Source of the DNA: Octopus sinensis
Lineage: Eukaryota
NCBI RefSeq assembly: GCF_006345805.1
Contig: NW_021836144.1
Span: 62,001 to 126,000, forward strand
Direction of reading: 5' to 3'
DNA length: 64,000 nucleotides
Shown: positions 40,430-53,500 of the stretch, piece after piece
Position numbering within the stretch: the stretch's first letter is position 1
Layout: every line of letters starts with the position of its first letter
Notes under the pieces: generated by a model
What the model saw: only the letters and a program-made list of their open reading frames with translations
The model's database searches: none
What the model was told of the DNA's origin: nothing
Program-made: the position numbers and the translations under genes

Positions 40430-43400
40430 GTTAGTGTAGAAAAATAACCATACATGTTCTAATTCTAAAGATACGTGTCGTTTAAAAACAAAGTCCGGAT
40501 TATTTGAGTTAACAGACTTACATTTTCTACATTTGTCTTGATATATTATTCAAGACTATGTTAATGTAAATAAATAAAATCCTGAGAGAAAGATATCAAA
40601 TGAAATAGACCTATATATTTTTAGTATTTTAAATTATAAATTATTATTTTTTATTTATTTCTAAATTGTCTCTCATGTTTCTTCTCATACACTTTTGTAT
40701 AATTAATTCTGTTTAAAGATTTGTCTCAGCTTACTTTAGTAAACTATATATCTTTGGTTTCTAATAGTATCAAATTTAATCTCTCATCAACTGCCATGTT
40801 ATTCTTAAAATGTCGCTCTGGTTTTCTATTAAGCACAGATTAAAACTTTAAAGTCATGATAAATATATGAACATATATGAAAGAACAACACAAATGCATG
40901 CATATTTGTTTACATATGAACAGGAATAAATATCAACATCTCTAAGGACATGTGATAAATTGAAGAATTTCAATTTAGTATGTAAGAGGAGAAATATATT
41001 CTTGAATCCAGTGTTAAATGAAGCAAATGTTATTGTATTTATTTTATACTTGAACAATTTTAAATAATCAGGTACTCAATAAAAACAATACTTATTTGAG
41101 GTAATTGGAATAATAGGAACTCTCAGTATATCATGGTCTTCATGAGATTAATTTTATAGAAATCTCTCCAACTAACAATAATTATCATTAAGAGAGTGTA
41201 TGATAGATTTGGCAGTGCACCAGACAAAATATTTTGGTATTTAGTGACTTCTTTATAAAGTTTAAACTTCACCAGATTCAACGTCACTTTCCATCCTTCA
41301 GGAGATTAATAAAATTAGTATCAGTCAGTTATGGAGGCAATTTAAAACACTATCTTACTGAACATTTATGGCTTTGGATTCATGTAAGAAAATAATATCA
41401 TTATAATTACATTGTTTTGACAAATGTTATAGTTTCTTTGAAACATTGCAGAATATATAAGAATAGAGATTTAAAGAGCTATGACAACTTAGTTGGAGTA
41501 ATATTAAATAAAAATAAGAACAATTTCTTCTTTAATCCTATAAACAATTAATAATGCTTATATTTCAGGTAAAAACAACCCTTATCAAAATGTGAAAGGT
41601 AAACATGGCTGTTTGGTCTACATTATCACTATGGGCAGTAGATTGGCAAAACGAATAGAGTGTTGGACAAAACACTTTGTTTCTCCCAGATCTTTGTTTT
41701 GAATTCAATTCAGTCAAGTTTGGTTTCAATAAAATAAAGTACCAATTAAGAACTGGGGTTGATAATAGACTAATGCCCTCCCCTCAAAATTACTTTTAAT
41801 GTGCCTAAACTAGAAACCACTGTTGTTGTTAATATTATTATTTTGAAAGCTTTATCATTATCATGTTGTATTAGTAACAACAGAAGCAGCTGTAGTAGAC
41901 CTAAACAGAAAAGAATAGCACAAACAATATAAATCTAAAGTAACTGCTTTTATGCAATCAAGTTTTACAGTTCAATGAGTTGAAACTTGTCAAGTATAAA
42001 TTCATTTTTTTTTTGAGGAACCAGTAATGTACTTGGGTCAGTTACATTTAATACCAGTATGTCTCACAAGATTGGCTATCTAGTGAAAAGTGGAGTCATT
42101 GTTACTAATATTACAATAATAGTCAAGTATTGTAGAGTATTGGTAATTTTTCATTGGGCTGAAAAACCTATTTGGTTTTAGTTTATGTTTTAAATCATTC
42201 AACTTAATTTACATGATTAATACTTTCTGGAAATGAAACCGATATTACAATTTCCTATTTTGCTGTTTATAACATCACACTAATGAAGATCTCGACAAGA
42301 AAAAAAATCATCTTAATTTGGGAAAAATTTAGATGTAATTGTAACAAAATAGTTATATATAAAAAACATTAGTAAATATATACCGAGAAAACATTTGTAA
42401 AAAGAATCAAATTGCAAAAGTTTTGTCACACACCTGTACCCTAGTCACAGACACAAATTTTGCAGAGGACTTGTTAATGACCAGGTTGCAGAAATGTGAC
42501 TAAACTTTTTCATACTTCTTATTAAACAATAATTGGAAAGTGAATATAACAACAGGGTTTTATTTTTGCTCTTGAATGGATAAAATGATTTTTTGACAAT
42601 GTAAATATATTAATGAGTGAAAGATATATTTTGTGATGTTGACATATTTTATGATAAAGGAATATTATACCAAGATAATTGAAAATTTAAGCTGAAAATT
42701 AATTAAAAATTTATTGCAAAAATAATGAAATTCTGGTAAAGAATTTAAATAGTTAAGATATATTATTTTAAATTATCCAGAATCTCTGATTAACAAGTTA
42801 ATATGCATCATTTAGTATATTCATGCATGCAAGAAACAGTAAGTGGGTGTGCATAAGCATGGACGCATATATGTACTGTATATATTAAGCAAATATGAAA
42901 ATGGTGTGTTTCAACAACTCAGGAGTATAAAAAAATATTTAATAAATAAGCTTTGGGCAAAAGGGATGTGCAATTTGATAAGTTTACTGTGTTAACAGCA
43001 TGGTCATCATCATCATTATTCTTTTATGTCATCTGCCTTGGTTTGGAAAGGTTGGCACTACTCTCCAAGGTGGGTTGAGCAAATATGTCTTACTCATAAG
43101 TCATATTTTAGCCTCGTTTATATGGATGGTGCCTTTCCTAACATGAAACACTTAGAGGTTGTAGGGCACATTTTTTCAGAGAATCAACACTGGAGAGGTT
43201 ATTATGTCCTTTACAAGACTCAGTGGTTCCCCACCCAACATTTAACAGCATTTTACTGTAGTACCAACATTTTCAGGAATAGGGGCATATCTTAAAAAGA
43301 TTGACTAACAGCAGTCAATATCAAATGGCCATCAGAGAGTATAAGTATAGCAAAGAAATATTTACAGATAATGGTGAGAAAGCTTGGGAGATATATCCAA

Positions 43401-43755
43401 AGAAAAGGGATAAAGTGTCAGAGAGAGAGGGTCCTAAAAGCAATGTATATTGAACTAAAGAGATCCACGCAGTCCTTAGTCACACTGACAGTATAGTCCA
43501 GTGAGAATGTAAAAAAAATGCAGTTATTGAGAGATGAGCAATAGACAATAGGATGATGAAGACATGGCTCAAAATGTCTTTGATAATAGCTGAATAATAA
43601 GAGGGATGAGAGGGCAAGGATGTTACAGATGTAGCATGTGTGTGTGTGTGGGGGGAGATAGAAGAGAGATACACAGATGTTTTGACCAAGCCTGTACAGG
43701 TAGGCTGGACTGCTCTAGCACAGTGCATGGTACTTCATTATTTGGAAACAATATT

Positions 43756-43986
43756 TATTTCTTTACTACCCACAAGGGGCTAAACACAGAGGGGACAAAC
43801 AAGGACTGAAAAACGGGTTAAGTCGATGAGATCGATCCCAGTGCATAACTGGTACTTAATTTATCGACCCCGAAAGGATGAAAGGCAAAGTGGACCTCGG
43901 CGGAATTTGAACTCAGAACGTAACGGCAGACGAAATACGGCTACGCATTTCGCCCGGCGTGCTAACGGTTCTGCCAGCTCGCCACC
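43756..43986 (-). mobile_element. SINE family 2, full length
   Basis: Exact 13-bp TSD tggaaacaatatt (43743-43755 / 43987-43999). Confidence 0.92.
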
Positions 43987-44812
43987 TGGAAACAATATTG
44001 AACACCTATCCACTCTACATACTAACAGAATATGCAAAACATCTAAGAGAACTGCTTGGTGACAGTAGACACATTAGTTTTATAGTTAGCTAAATTATTA
44101 AGGAAAAAAAATAAATAACTGTCTCATTTATCTGACAAACAATTGGCTGACTGAAACACTGAAGACAATGAAGGAAGAGATTAAAATGATAAAACAACAT
44201 AATATGACAATTCAAAACTTTATGTTTATACACCGTTAATGTTCCTATGTTTATTATGCACTGAGCAGTATGTTGATATGTACTCATATATTTAATATTT
44301 TCATTTCTATAATATGCATCGTGAACAAAAGCAACTGAAACAGTGAGTTAGGCAAGACTAAGTTTAAATAAACAAACTAACCCAAACAGATTAATACAAA
44401 CTAGAATTTCTGTAGTTTATAATGTAAAAGCAAAGCAAGGCTGAAGAACACAGAAAGATGTGCACAGATGCACACACCCATATGAAAATGTGTACACACA
44501 AATACAATGAGAAAACAACTCATAAAGACAACAAATAAAATTCCTATCCATAATCAATAAGTGAAACATGATCCAAGAAATGTTCAAAGATAAATGATAA
44601 CATCATTTGAATTCTATATTTTGTTTTTAAATGATGAGAATTCTTCACTTCAATTAAGCTGTTGAGATATTTTGTGAATCTTTTTCTTTTTTATGGATAA
44701 TATTAACATTACAAATAATGATATTTGAAATAAGCTGGAAATATGTGTATGAGGAATCAAAAATCCCAATTAAATGAATAAACAAGTTTGAAAAGGGCAT
44801 AGACATTGAGTA

Positions 44813-45702
44813 CGGGATCTGATCAATAAGTATCCGGATTGTTGCCATTGTAACGAAGCTAAAGCACAAAGAGTGAAACTGCTTGGCACAAATTGACATT
44901 GAACTCTGCTGTGCATGCACACTAAGTTTTAACAGTCTATCTTATTTCCGCTGTTTACAGCAGTGCTTGGAAGGAAGGTGTGTAGCGTGTGATCATCACA
45001 TTGATCATGATGGTGAAAGTTGAGCAGAAACTGTAACAAATTTTGCCAAGAGCTTAGTGATAACCTGCTCAGAGGCCTATGCAAAGTTTTCTAAACGTTT
45101 TTATAAGAACACAGTCAAGGAGACCTTGTTCAAGTGAAACCCGAGTGCCTTTTTGGTCAGCTGAAAGCAGTTTTGGTACAAACTTGGCAGACACGTGACT
45201 CATATAGAGGTCTTCAGTGATAATGGATTGAACTGAACCACAACTAATCTACACATCCTCTGATAACTCAAGGATGGTGATTTGATGATTTCCCCTCACA
45301 GCTGCAGGCACATCTGCAATGTTTTTCTCAGTTCTACTGGCTGCAGGCCTCCAAGAACATTCATCAATATCAACATATTTTTGGCCATCCTAGAAATGTC
45401 TAAAACACTCGTACACTTGTATGCAGCTCATACACTCCTCTCCATACACTTTCTGCAACATTGTGTAAGCCTCTGAGTAGGTATCACCAAGACAACTTTC
45501 TCTGTCATGGTCAATGTGATGATCACACACCACACACTTTCCTACGAAGCACTGCTGTAAACAGCAGAAGTGAGCAAGAGCAATAAAACTTAGTGCACAT
45601 GTGCAGCAGAGTTCAAGGTAAATTTTTGCCAAGTGGCTTCACTCTGCATGCTTTAGCTTTGTTACTATAGTAATGGTCCGGATACTTATTGATCAGACCT
45701 CA
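44813..45702 (-). mobile_element. Mariner-derived fold-back element built from two 5' ends; transposase N-terminal pseudogene on the minus strand
   Basis: TA|cgggatctgatcaataagtatccgga … tccggatacttattgatcagacctca|TA; minus strand reads DTYSEAYTMLQKVYGEECMSCIQVYECFRHF*DG…RPAASRTEKNI…IITEDLYMSHVSAKFVPKLLSADQK (mariner HTH and linker); arms 44813-45088 and 45457-45702. Confidence 0.9.
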
Positions 45703-46481
45703 TATGTTTTAACATGATAGCAATCATTGCTTCTACATCAATGCATCAGTTCCTTATTTTCTAGTGTATTTTGGAATTTTTTCCAAGATCCTTCAAGAAG
45801 AGGGAAGTGATATTCATATTGATCCTCGACTTAATACACAAGAGCACTAATACTGATCACAGTCTTAGCAGCAATATCAGTGAAACTGGTAATATTGAAG
45901 CATTAAGCATTTACTAACATCTAAAGTGACCAGTGATGCACCTCATAAACTTCCCTCAAGAAGTGAAAATAATTCGCATTTTTGTGTTTCCCTATAACAT
46001 CACAATTTCTGCAGAGTTCAGTCGACAAAATTCTCCTCATCATTTTAATCACATTGCATGCTTACACATTTGAAACCAATTCTCATTTTATAATATTTCC
46101 AACACAGTGATACAAGTTATACATGCAATATTGTGAAACAATCTTCTAAACCTTCCCTGATAGGAATGACAACATGCATTCAAAAGTCCCAATACAATCA
46201 TAGCCAATAGAAAAGTAAAAAAATAAAAACCCATCATTCTTCTTTCCTTTCTGTGACTTACTTTGAAGTCAGTACTAAGCACTTTTCACAATCAATCACT
46301 CCTAGAGTTGCAACTTTAGAATATTGTTCTTGCTCATATTTTTGCATACAGGGTTCATCGTAGAGCAATTCAAATTGCAGTAGCCTTTACATGTTCATTT
46401 GACATGCTAAAAATTGCAGTTAAATGCATAATTGTATCTAAATAAAGACTTTATAACACAAAAATTATTTTATAACACATA

Positions 46482-46663
46482 GTGCTGGTGGCACGTAAAA
46501 AGCACCCACTACACTCTCTGAGTGGTTTGTGTTAGGAAGGTCATCCAGCTGTTGAAACATTGCCTGATCAGATTGGAACCTGGTGCAGCCACTGGCTCTC
46601 CAGACCTCAGTCAAACAGTTCAACCCATGCCAGCATGGAAAACGAATGTTAAACGATGATGAT
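46482..46663 (+). mobile_element. Family 4 RTE-tailed element without a complete tandem unit
   Basis: gtggcacgtaaaaagcacccactacactc…catggaaaacgaatgttaaacgatgatgat. Confidence 0.85.
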
Positions 46664-46782
46664 AATTCTCTTTGTCTTTCTATATGTATATATAAATATA
46701 TGTGTGTGTGATATTTGACATACAAATGTAAAGCCTTACACAATTTAGCTGGTCTAATCTGAGGAACATGATCACAAATATA

Positions 46783-47931
46783 TTAAGGTGTTCAGAAAAA
46801 TAATGCTAGTTAAGTTTAATTGAATACCATTTATTAATAAGTACAATCATTGTCAGAGATTGTAACCCAACAGAAAGGCAAACTTTTTAAGTGACGTTTA
46901 ATATTCAGTGTTTTCTCAAAAGTAATTTGGCATACTGTTTCTAAAATTTTCTTTGTGTCTGAATGTTTGACCACATATGAAATGTTGTAACCACTGAAAC
47001 AAGTGATAATGTGTAAGTGCTAAATCTGGTGAGAATGTTGCTCATAAAAGAAGAACTTCTCAGCCTGATGAAGTTAGCTTTTTTTAGGTTTGGTTCACAG
47101 TGTAATCCTTGCATTACAATACTGGAGAATAACATCTTTTCTGTTTACCAAAGCTGGCCACTTTTGACAGAATGCCTCATTCATGCAACCATGTTGTTAC
47201 TAGTAGCCGTGATGACCTTGCTTCCCTACATCATAAATGATACATGCTCCATAGGGTGCATTGCAAAGACTTGCCTTTTGCTTTGGCACTGGTTCCTCAT
47301 TTACTGATAACCATTTTTTTCATTTTCAGTTGATATGCTGTACCATTTTCTGTCATTTGCAATAATGCTATGCAGAAAATGAGACAGTGCTGTTCTTGCC
47401 CAAGTAACTGCAGCAAATATTAGAACACAGAGCTGTTTTCCAGTGTGAGCTCAACTTTCTTTGTGCTTTTCCTCAATTATCATGTGATGGTCGTGGACAG
47501 TTGAACATGACATGTGCAGGTCATATGTCAAATGTCTGGAGCTCTGATTAAACTGTTTCTCTAAAATAATTGTCATTCAAAATCGTTTGTGTTTCAGGAA
47601 GAGGCTTAACAGTGAGTTCATAATTGTCATTTTTAAACTTCTGAAACCACAGGTGGCATTTACACATCTGCAGTGCCTCGAAACAAATGTTTTCCATTGT
47701 CTGAGTAGCAGTACTATGCTTCTGAAACTCATACAGCAGTGATGGTGAATAGATTGCTCATTAAAGTTTTTTAAACTTTTATGGGGTTAAACTTTACTAC
47801 ATTCTATAGATGACATACAGCTTGATAACAGAAATGATTAACTAGATTTAGATATAGTTTTCTATTTAAATACTGTCATGCCTTGGCTGAATTACAATTT
47901 AAAAGAATAAATCACTTTCTCAACACTCTAA
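46783..47931 (-). mobile_element. Decayed near-full-length mariner (DD34D) transposon
   Basis: Diverged TIRs ttaaggtgttcagaaaa (46783) and, as reverse complement, ttagagtgttgagaaag (47931), each flanked by TA; ordered motifs LYEFQK…WFQKFK, FLHSIIANDRKW, WLSVNEEPVPKQK, PALVNRKDVILQYCNAR, G*EVL…FSPDLALTHYHLF with stops and frameshifts. Confidence 0.85.
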
Positions 47932-48166
47932 TATCTAAATGTTTAACATGTTACTGTATAACAAGCTGCATCAGTGTTCTACATGATGTAAATGTAAAAA
48001 TCTTCGAAAATTACACAAAGTAAAAATATCTCAAGCACTCACCATTGCTAAGATAGCACCTGCAGATGTTGAATGGTTTGAAACACCGTTTCATTTGTTG
48101 TAGCTGTGTGCATTTGTGCATATACACATACAAACATACATACACATATAGACATATGTGTGTATG

Positions 48167-48221
<55 letters not shown>

Positions 48222-50096
48222 AGGTCTGGGAGTGTGTATATAGAGACAGTCTGACAGAGTCGAAAAACAGATTTTAGTCAAGAATTGGCTTGCATTTGTT
48301 GAGATGAAATAAAGATACAATGCTTTTATAATGGGCAAGTGAAAAAAAAACCTTATCTAGCCAGTGTTATCATGGGAAAGTACACTTAAAAAAGAAAATA
48401 TGAATACTTGTTTAAAGAATATAAAGCAGTAAGAACATTTTAGTAGCTAACCATGGAATGTTTCAGCCAGTATTTTTAAGCATTTTCTTTTTCTCTTCCT
48501 TTTCTATCAGGTTCATATTTGTTTTACATAAAAATATTTAACAACAAAATCAATGGCAATCTTTTAGTAAAATGGCTAATATATCACACAAGGATGGTTA
48601 TCAAAAACCACAAAATTTTATTTAAATTATCCCCTAGAAATTTATCTTTCTTTATGGGTGCATGCGTGTGCATGTAAAGATATTTTGTGTGTAAAAATGT
48701 ATAAACTCAAACTATCTGAGGTGCATATAAAAATGTTTTCAATGAAGAAAACATCTAGTGCGCACGTGTGCATGTGTGTGTATATACTTACAGAGACTTA
48801 CATACGGTTATAGAAAGCAATGTCTTCTTTGTGCCCTTAATATCAATATGTATATGCTTGCATTTATAGACTGGATATATGTGCATTTATGAGCTCTGTT
48901 GATCATGCCATAAATTTTTATTATAAGTAGGTTTTCATAAACATTTTTCTGAACTAAAACAATATAATGGGCCGAGTGAAGAAATCAGGTATTTCAGTGA
49001 ATGTGAAAGAGAGGATAGGTATGGACCAAAGTTTTGGTGATGCACTGAGGATTAAACAATAACCATAAAACTGTATTATATTCTGAGCTGTGCATAGTTA
49101 TTGATATAAAGAAGTTAATGGTGGAAATCTTGCTTGGAATATTAAGCACTACTCTGTGTGATGAGCAATTTAGTAAATGATTTATGTCGTTAGTCTATGA
49201 CATTGTAATGATAGGATCAATATACACAGCTGGGTTCATGAAAAGTTATGTGTTCATGAAGAGTTAGTGGGTATCAATTCCATTACTGCAGTCTCTTCAG
49301 TTGTTAAATTATTTCCACAAAAGTACCAAAATAAAGCAATTCACTAAGCCTAGAAATTTTCTGATACAGAATATAAAACTCTTTATAACTTTCAAAGCCA
49401 TTTGACATCAGAAATTTGGTTTGAGAATAAAACACAAAATAATAAGCTTTAGATGATTTTAAGTCCATGCAGCACTATCAAATATCGAATGTATGGTGAC
49501 AATCTCTGAAAATGGTAACGTAAATGAAATGTGTTAAGCTGGTATTTCTTTTCTTCTCTGTTGTTAAGATTTTCAAAATAAATCTTCTTTCTATCTTCAA
49601 ATTAACATAATAGATATAGCATAGAAACATATATAGGACTGTCAACCAAACTTCCTTCCATAGGTTATAAATGGCAGCAAGATACAAAACAACTATTTAT
49701 ATTAAACATCATCATTTGCACCTTCCTTATGCTGAGATACAATGAACAGATCATTGAAATCTGAGTCAGACCTTATCTGAATTAACTGCTCTCCAAGATA
49801 CATGCTTCTATTTTGATATGGTTTCTACAGGTAGATGACTTTCCTAAAATCAACAACTTTGTGCTTGGTATATTTCATTCAATGCTAACCACTTTTCAAA
49901 GTTTTGAAGTGGAGAATGGTCTTAGTAGGCAGGCTGGTATAGAAATAGTTAAAAGAGATTCCAGTTGTCTTTTCTTAAAAAGTAGATAGCAGATTTATTC
50001 ATTTTTTTAATGAATTCTAGATGCACAATTGGGAAATTTATACATGGAGAAATATCTTTGCAGTCTACATTTCTTTTTAACCCATATCACTACATA

Positions 50097-50507
50097 GGCG
50101 CAGGAGTGGCTGTGTGGTAAGTAGCTTGTTTACCAACCACTTGGTTCCGGGTTCAGTCCCACTGTGTGGCACCTTGGGCAAGTGTCTTCTACTATAGCCT
50201 CGGGCCGACCAAAGCTCTGTGAATGGATTTGGTAGATGGAAACTGAAAGAAGCCCGTCGTATATATGTGTATATATATGAGTGTGTGTGTGTGAGTCTGT
50301 GTTTGTCCCCCTAGCATTGCTTGACAACCGATGCTGGTGTGTTTACGTCCCCGTTACCTAGCGGTTCGGCAAAAGAGACCGATAGAATAAGTACTGGGCT
50401 TACAAAAGAAAAAGTCCCGGGGTCGATTTGCTCGATTAAAGGCGGTGCTCCAGCATGGCCGCAGTCAAATGACTGAAACAAGTAAAAGAGTAAAGAGTAA
50501 AAGAGAG
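50097..50507 (+). mobile_element. SINE family 1, full length
   Basis: ggcgcaggagtggctgtgtgg… (TA)(TG) linker …gactgaaacaagtaaaagagtaaagag; CpGs retained. Confidence 0.92.
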
Positions 50508-53500
50508 TATAGCTTATATGCAAAAACAGCAAAGTAACATTTTTACTGTATACGGATGGTAAATGACTAACATTTCAAAAATAAAATGCTTACTTTGAAA
50601 TCTTATAAGATATCATAAAAGATGCTGTTCCAAAAGAGATCAGTAATTCTTTTATCACAACAAATTTCCAAAATTAACAGCTGACAGAATGCTAACTTGA
50701 TAAAATAATTCAATAATTTGAATTAAATTAGTTCAACACTAGAAAATTCAGAGATTTAAATTAAAAATTAAATTTGAAATTATAAAAAAAAATAAAACAC
50801 ACACACACACACACACATCACCATCTCTTCATCACTTTTTACTGCTAAGATCTTTAACGAAGTACTAAATATTTCTGTTGACCTTTCACTATACAACTAG
50901 ATTAGTGTTCTAAGAAATTTTTATCAAAATAAAAGATTTTTCCGGAAACATTTCTGTTGTAAATATTCATGTCTTCCTAATCTTCAACATTCAGGCTAGA
51001 TTAGATCAATGATATGTTTGGCGTTATTCTGTTAAAGATTTTGATTATTCTTACACTCAAGTGAAACTAAATTTGGGCCTTATTCACTGGAACCACTTTT
51101 GCCAAATTTTTTTCTTGAATCTCATTAATGAATGACACAAACTAAATTTAACAGCTTTGAAAATAAGTTGACAAAGATAAGATTAACTGCAAAATTCTTT
51201 GATTTATTATTTTTTTTCTGCCTGTATAACTTTCTATTCTAGTTGTTATTTTAATTTTCAGTGTTTAGTATAATAACTTTAAGATTAAAAAGCTATAACT
51301 CTATTCTGTCTCATCAACCTTTGTTGCAACCATTGTGTTATACAAGAGTAGAAATAAGAGATTTAGGTGTTCATGACTTCAGTAGGAATTATATATTTAT
51401 AAATCAATACTATAATACCCAGCTAACAAACTCCATTACTTTGATATTGCAGTGTTCATGATCTGCAACTGTAGTTTGTTAATAAATATATCCCTCATTA
51501 TTTCTTTCTTCATATTTAAATTGCATCCATAACATATTGCATTTCAGTGTTATATTTTCTGGGTTCTGCACTACGCTTAGATACAAATATTCAATTCTCT
51601 AAACATAATTACTAAAATTAAAATATTGGAGCTAAAGCTAAAGATTGCACAACTTTAGGCAACCCAATATTTCATAACTCTCTACTTCTCTCTCTTTGTT
51701 AGCTAAAGCCTGTGTGGCTGCTATGAAATTTCAAATTCAATGATGCACTTCATATCTGAATATAAATGTACACGATGTGCATGTTTATTTGTTGTTTGCG
51801 AATATGTAAATATCCATATTATTGTTATATCTAACATTATATCCTTTGATTTCAGATTTGAATAACAGTTATATATTACCCATAATCTTAATTTAACTAA
51901 ATTTATGCCTTTTAGGGTATAAATAGTTTTCTATCCTCTGCCAAAAATAAGAATCCATTGATCTAAAGAGTGTCACATATCTGTCAACCAAATCTTATAA
52001 CATGAGAAACTAAGTCATGAATTCAAACCGTGTATTAGTGCAGGGCAATGGTTTAGGTATGAGTATTATGTGTTTGTAAACATCATCCAAAATGCCTTGT
52101 GGTAATTTTCCAGGCCATTATTTTGGGAGTTCAAATCCCATCAAGGTCACCTCTTCCTTTCGTTCTCTTGGTGTTGATAGATGATGTAGCAGTTCAGAGA
52201 AGTAGATTCAAGTGGTCGAACAAAGTTCCTTGCAATATTTGTTCCAGCTCTATATGTTCCAAGTTTACCTGCCTTAGTACTAGAGCTAAGCCATATTGGC
52301 TCTTGCTTTTCCTTAGACCATCTATTGCTTAGACCATCTATTGCTTTCCTTAGACCATTTCATGCTTTAGCTAAGTAATTGGTGTTCCCACTTGAAAAAA
52401 ATAACTTTGACTTGGTTTGCATTCTGGAGAGGTATCTTTTAAATGCAGTTTCATAGTTGAAAAAATGTTTTTTTTAAACTAAATTGTCAAACATACTTTG
52501 GATGTTATAATATCTGAATCACTTAGCATGATGAACACACACACACACACACACACAAATATACAAGCAAACATAAATATATTGCATGCATATAATACAT
52601 ACATATATATGTGTTTGTGCATGCATACATGCACACACAAACACACATATAAGCTCACACTAGCATGTACATATGTATAATGTTTGCGTAAGTGAAACAT
52701 AACTAAGTGTTTGAACACCTGTAGGTTATCTGTGCATATATGAATAGACTTAAATGCATCAAGCATGACTTTCCGCAGCAAGTCTATTAAACTTTGGCAG
52801 CAATTAACACAGATATAGTATATTGTTACAAACCGTCTAATGAAGTACTGGTCATCTGCAAACTTCCAATTTCTGCCAAATATCTAACAAGGAATATTTG
52901 CCCTAGTGATATCAATGTCAGTCTACCTAACTGGAGTCAGATTTCAATTGCTGATGCATGTCTGACCATGGAAAGCTGAGGAGTATAGAATGTAATTAAC
53001 TATGTACACATATCAGAATGCTAGTATGTAGTTTGAAACACTACAACTCAACTATCAAGGAACCAAATGATATTTGGTCAAGATATATTATATCATGCAT
53101 GTTTCTCTAATACCATGTAAAATAACTATGTATGATTGCATAACTAGACAGGATTCTTCATTAATTTCATAGAATGGTTGAGGTACAAGCTTTCCTTCTT
53201 CATATGGAAATTGTATCATTTCATTGACTAATGCATTGGACAATATCATAAATATCTGCAGATGTCACCAAATACTGAACCACATGAAATGGCAATTCAA
53301 ATATAGCATTGTTGTTTAGGGGTCAAAAGCTGGATTTAAGAACTTTGCATCAGAAACAAATGTTATCCTCATTTTACAAAGAACTTCCAGTAAAAAGTTT
53401 TCACAATTTACACCACGTGTGCAAAATCCTCTCCAAATTCAGAATAATGGCAACCCATCTGAGAAATGAGCCCTGCAAGGTAGAGTGACTGCTGCAGTGA

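Noticed and set aside
47017-47307. 96-aa hydrophobic plus ORF as a membrane protein
   Set aside because: It is the antisense of the decayed mariner catalytic domain.
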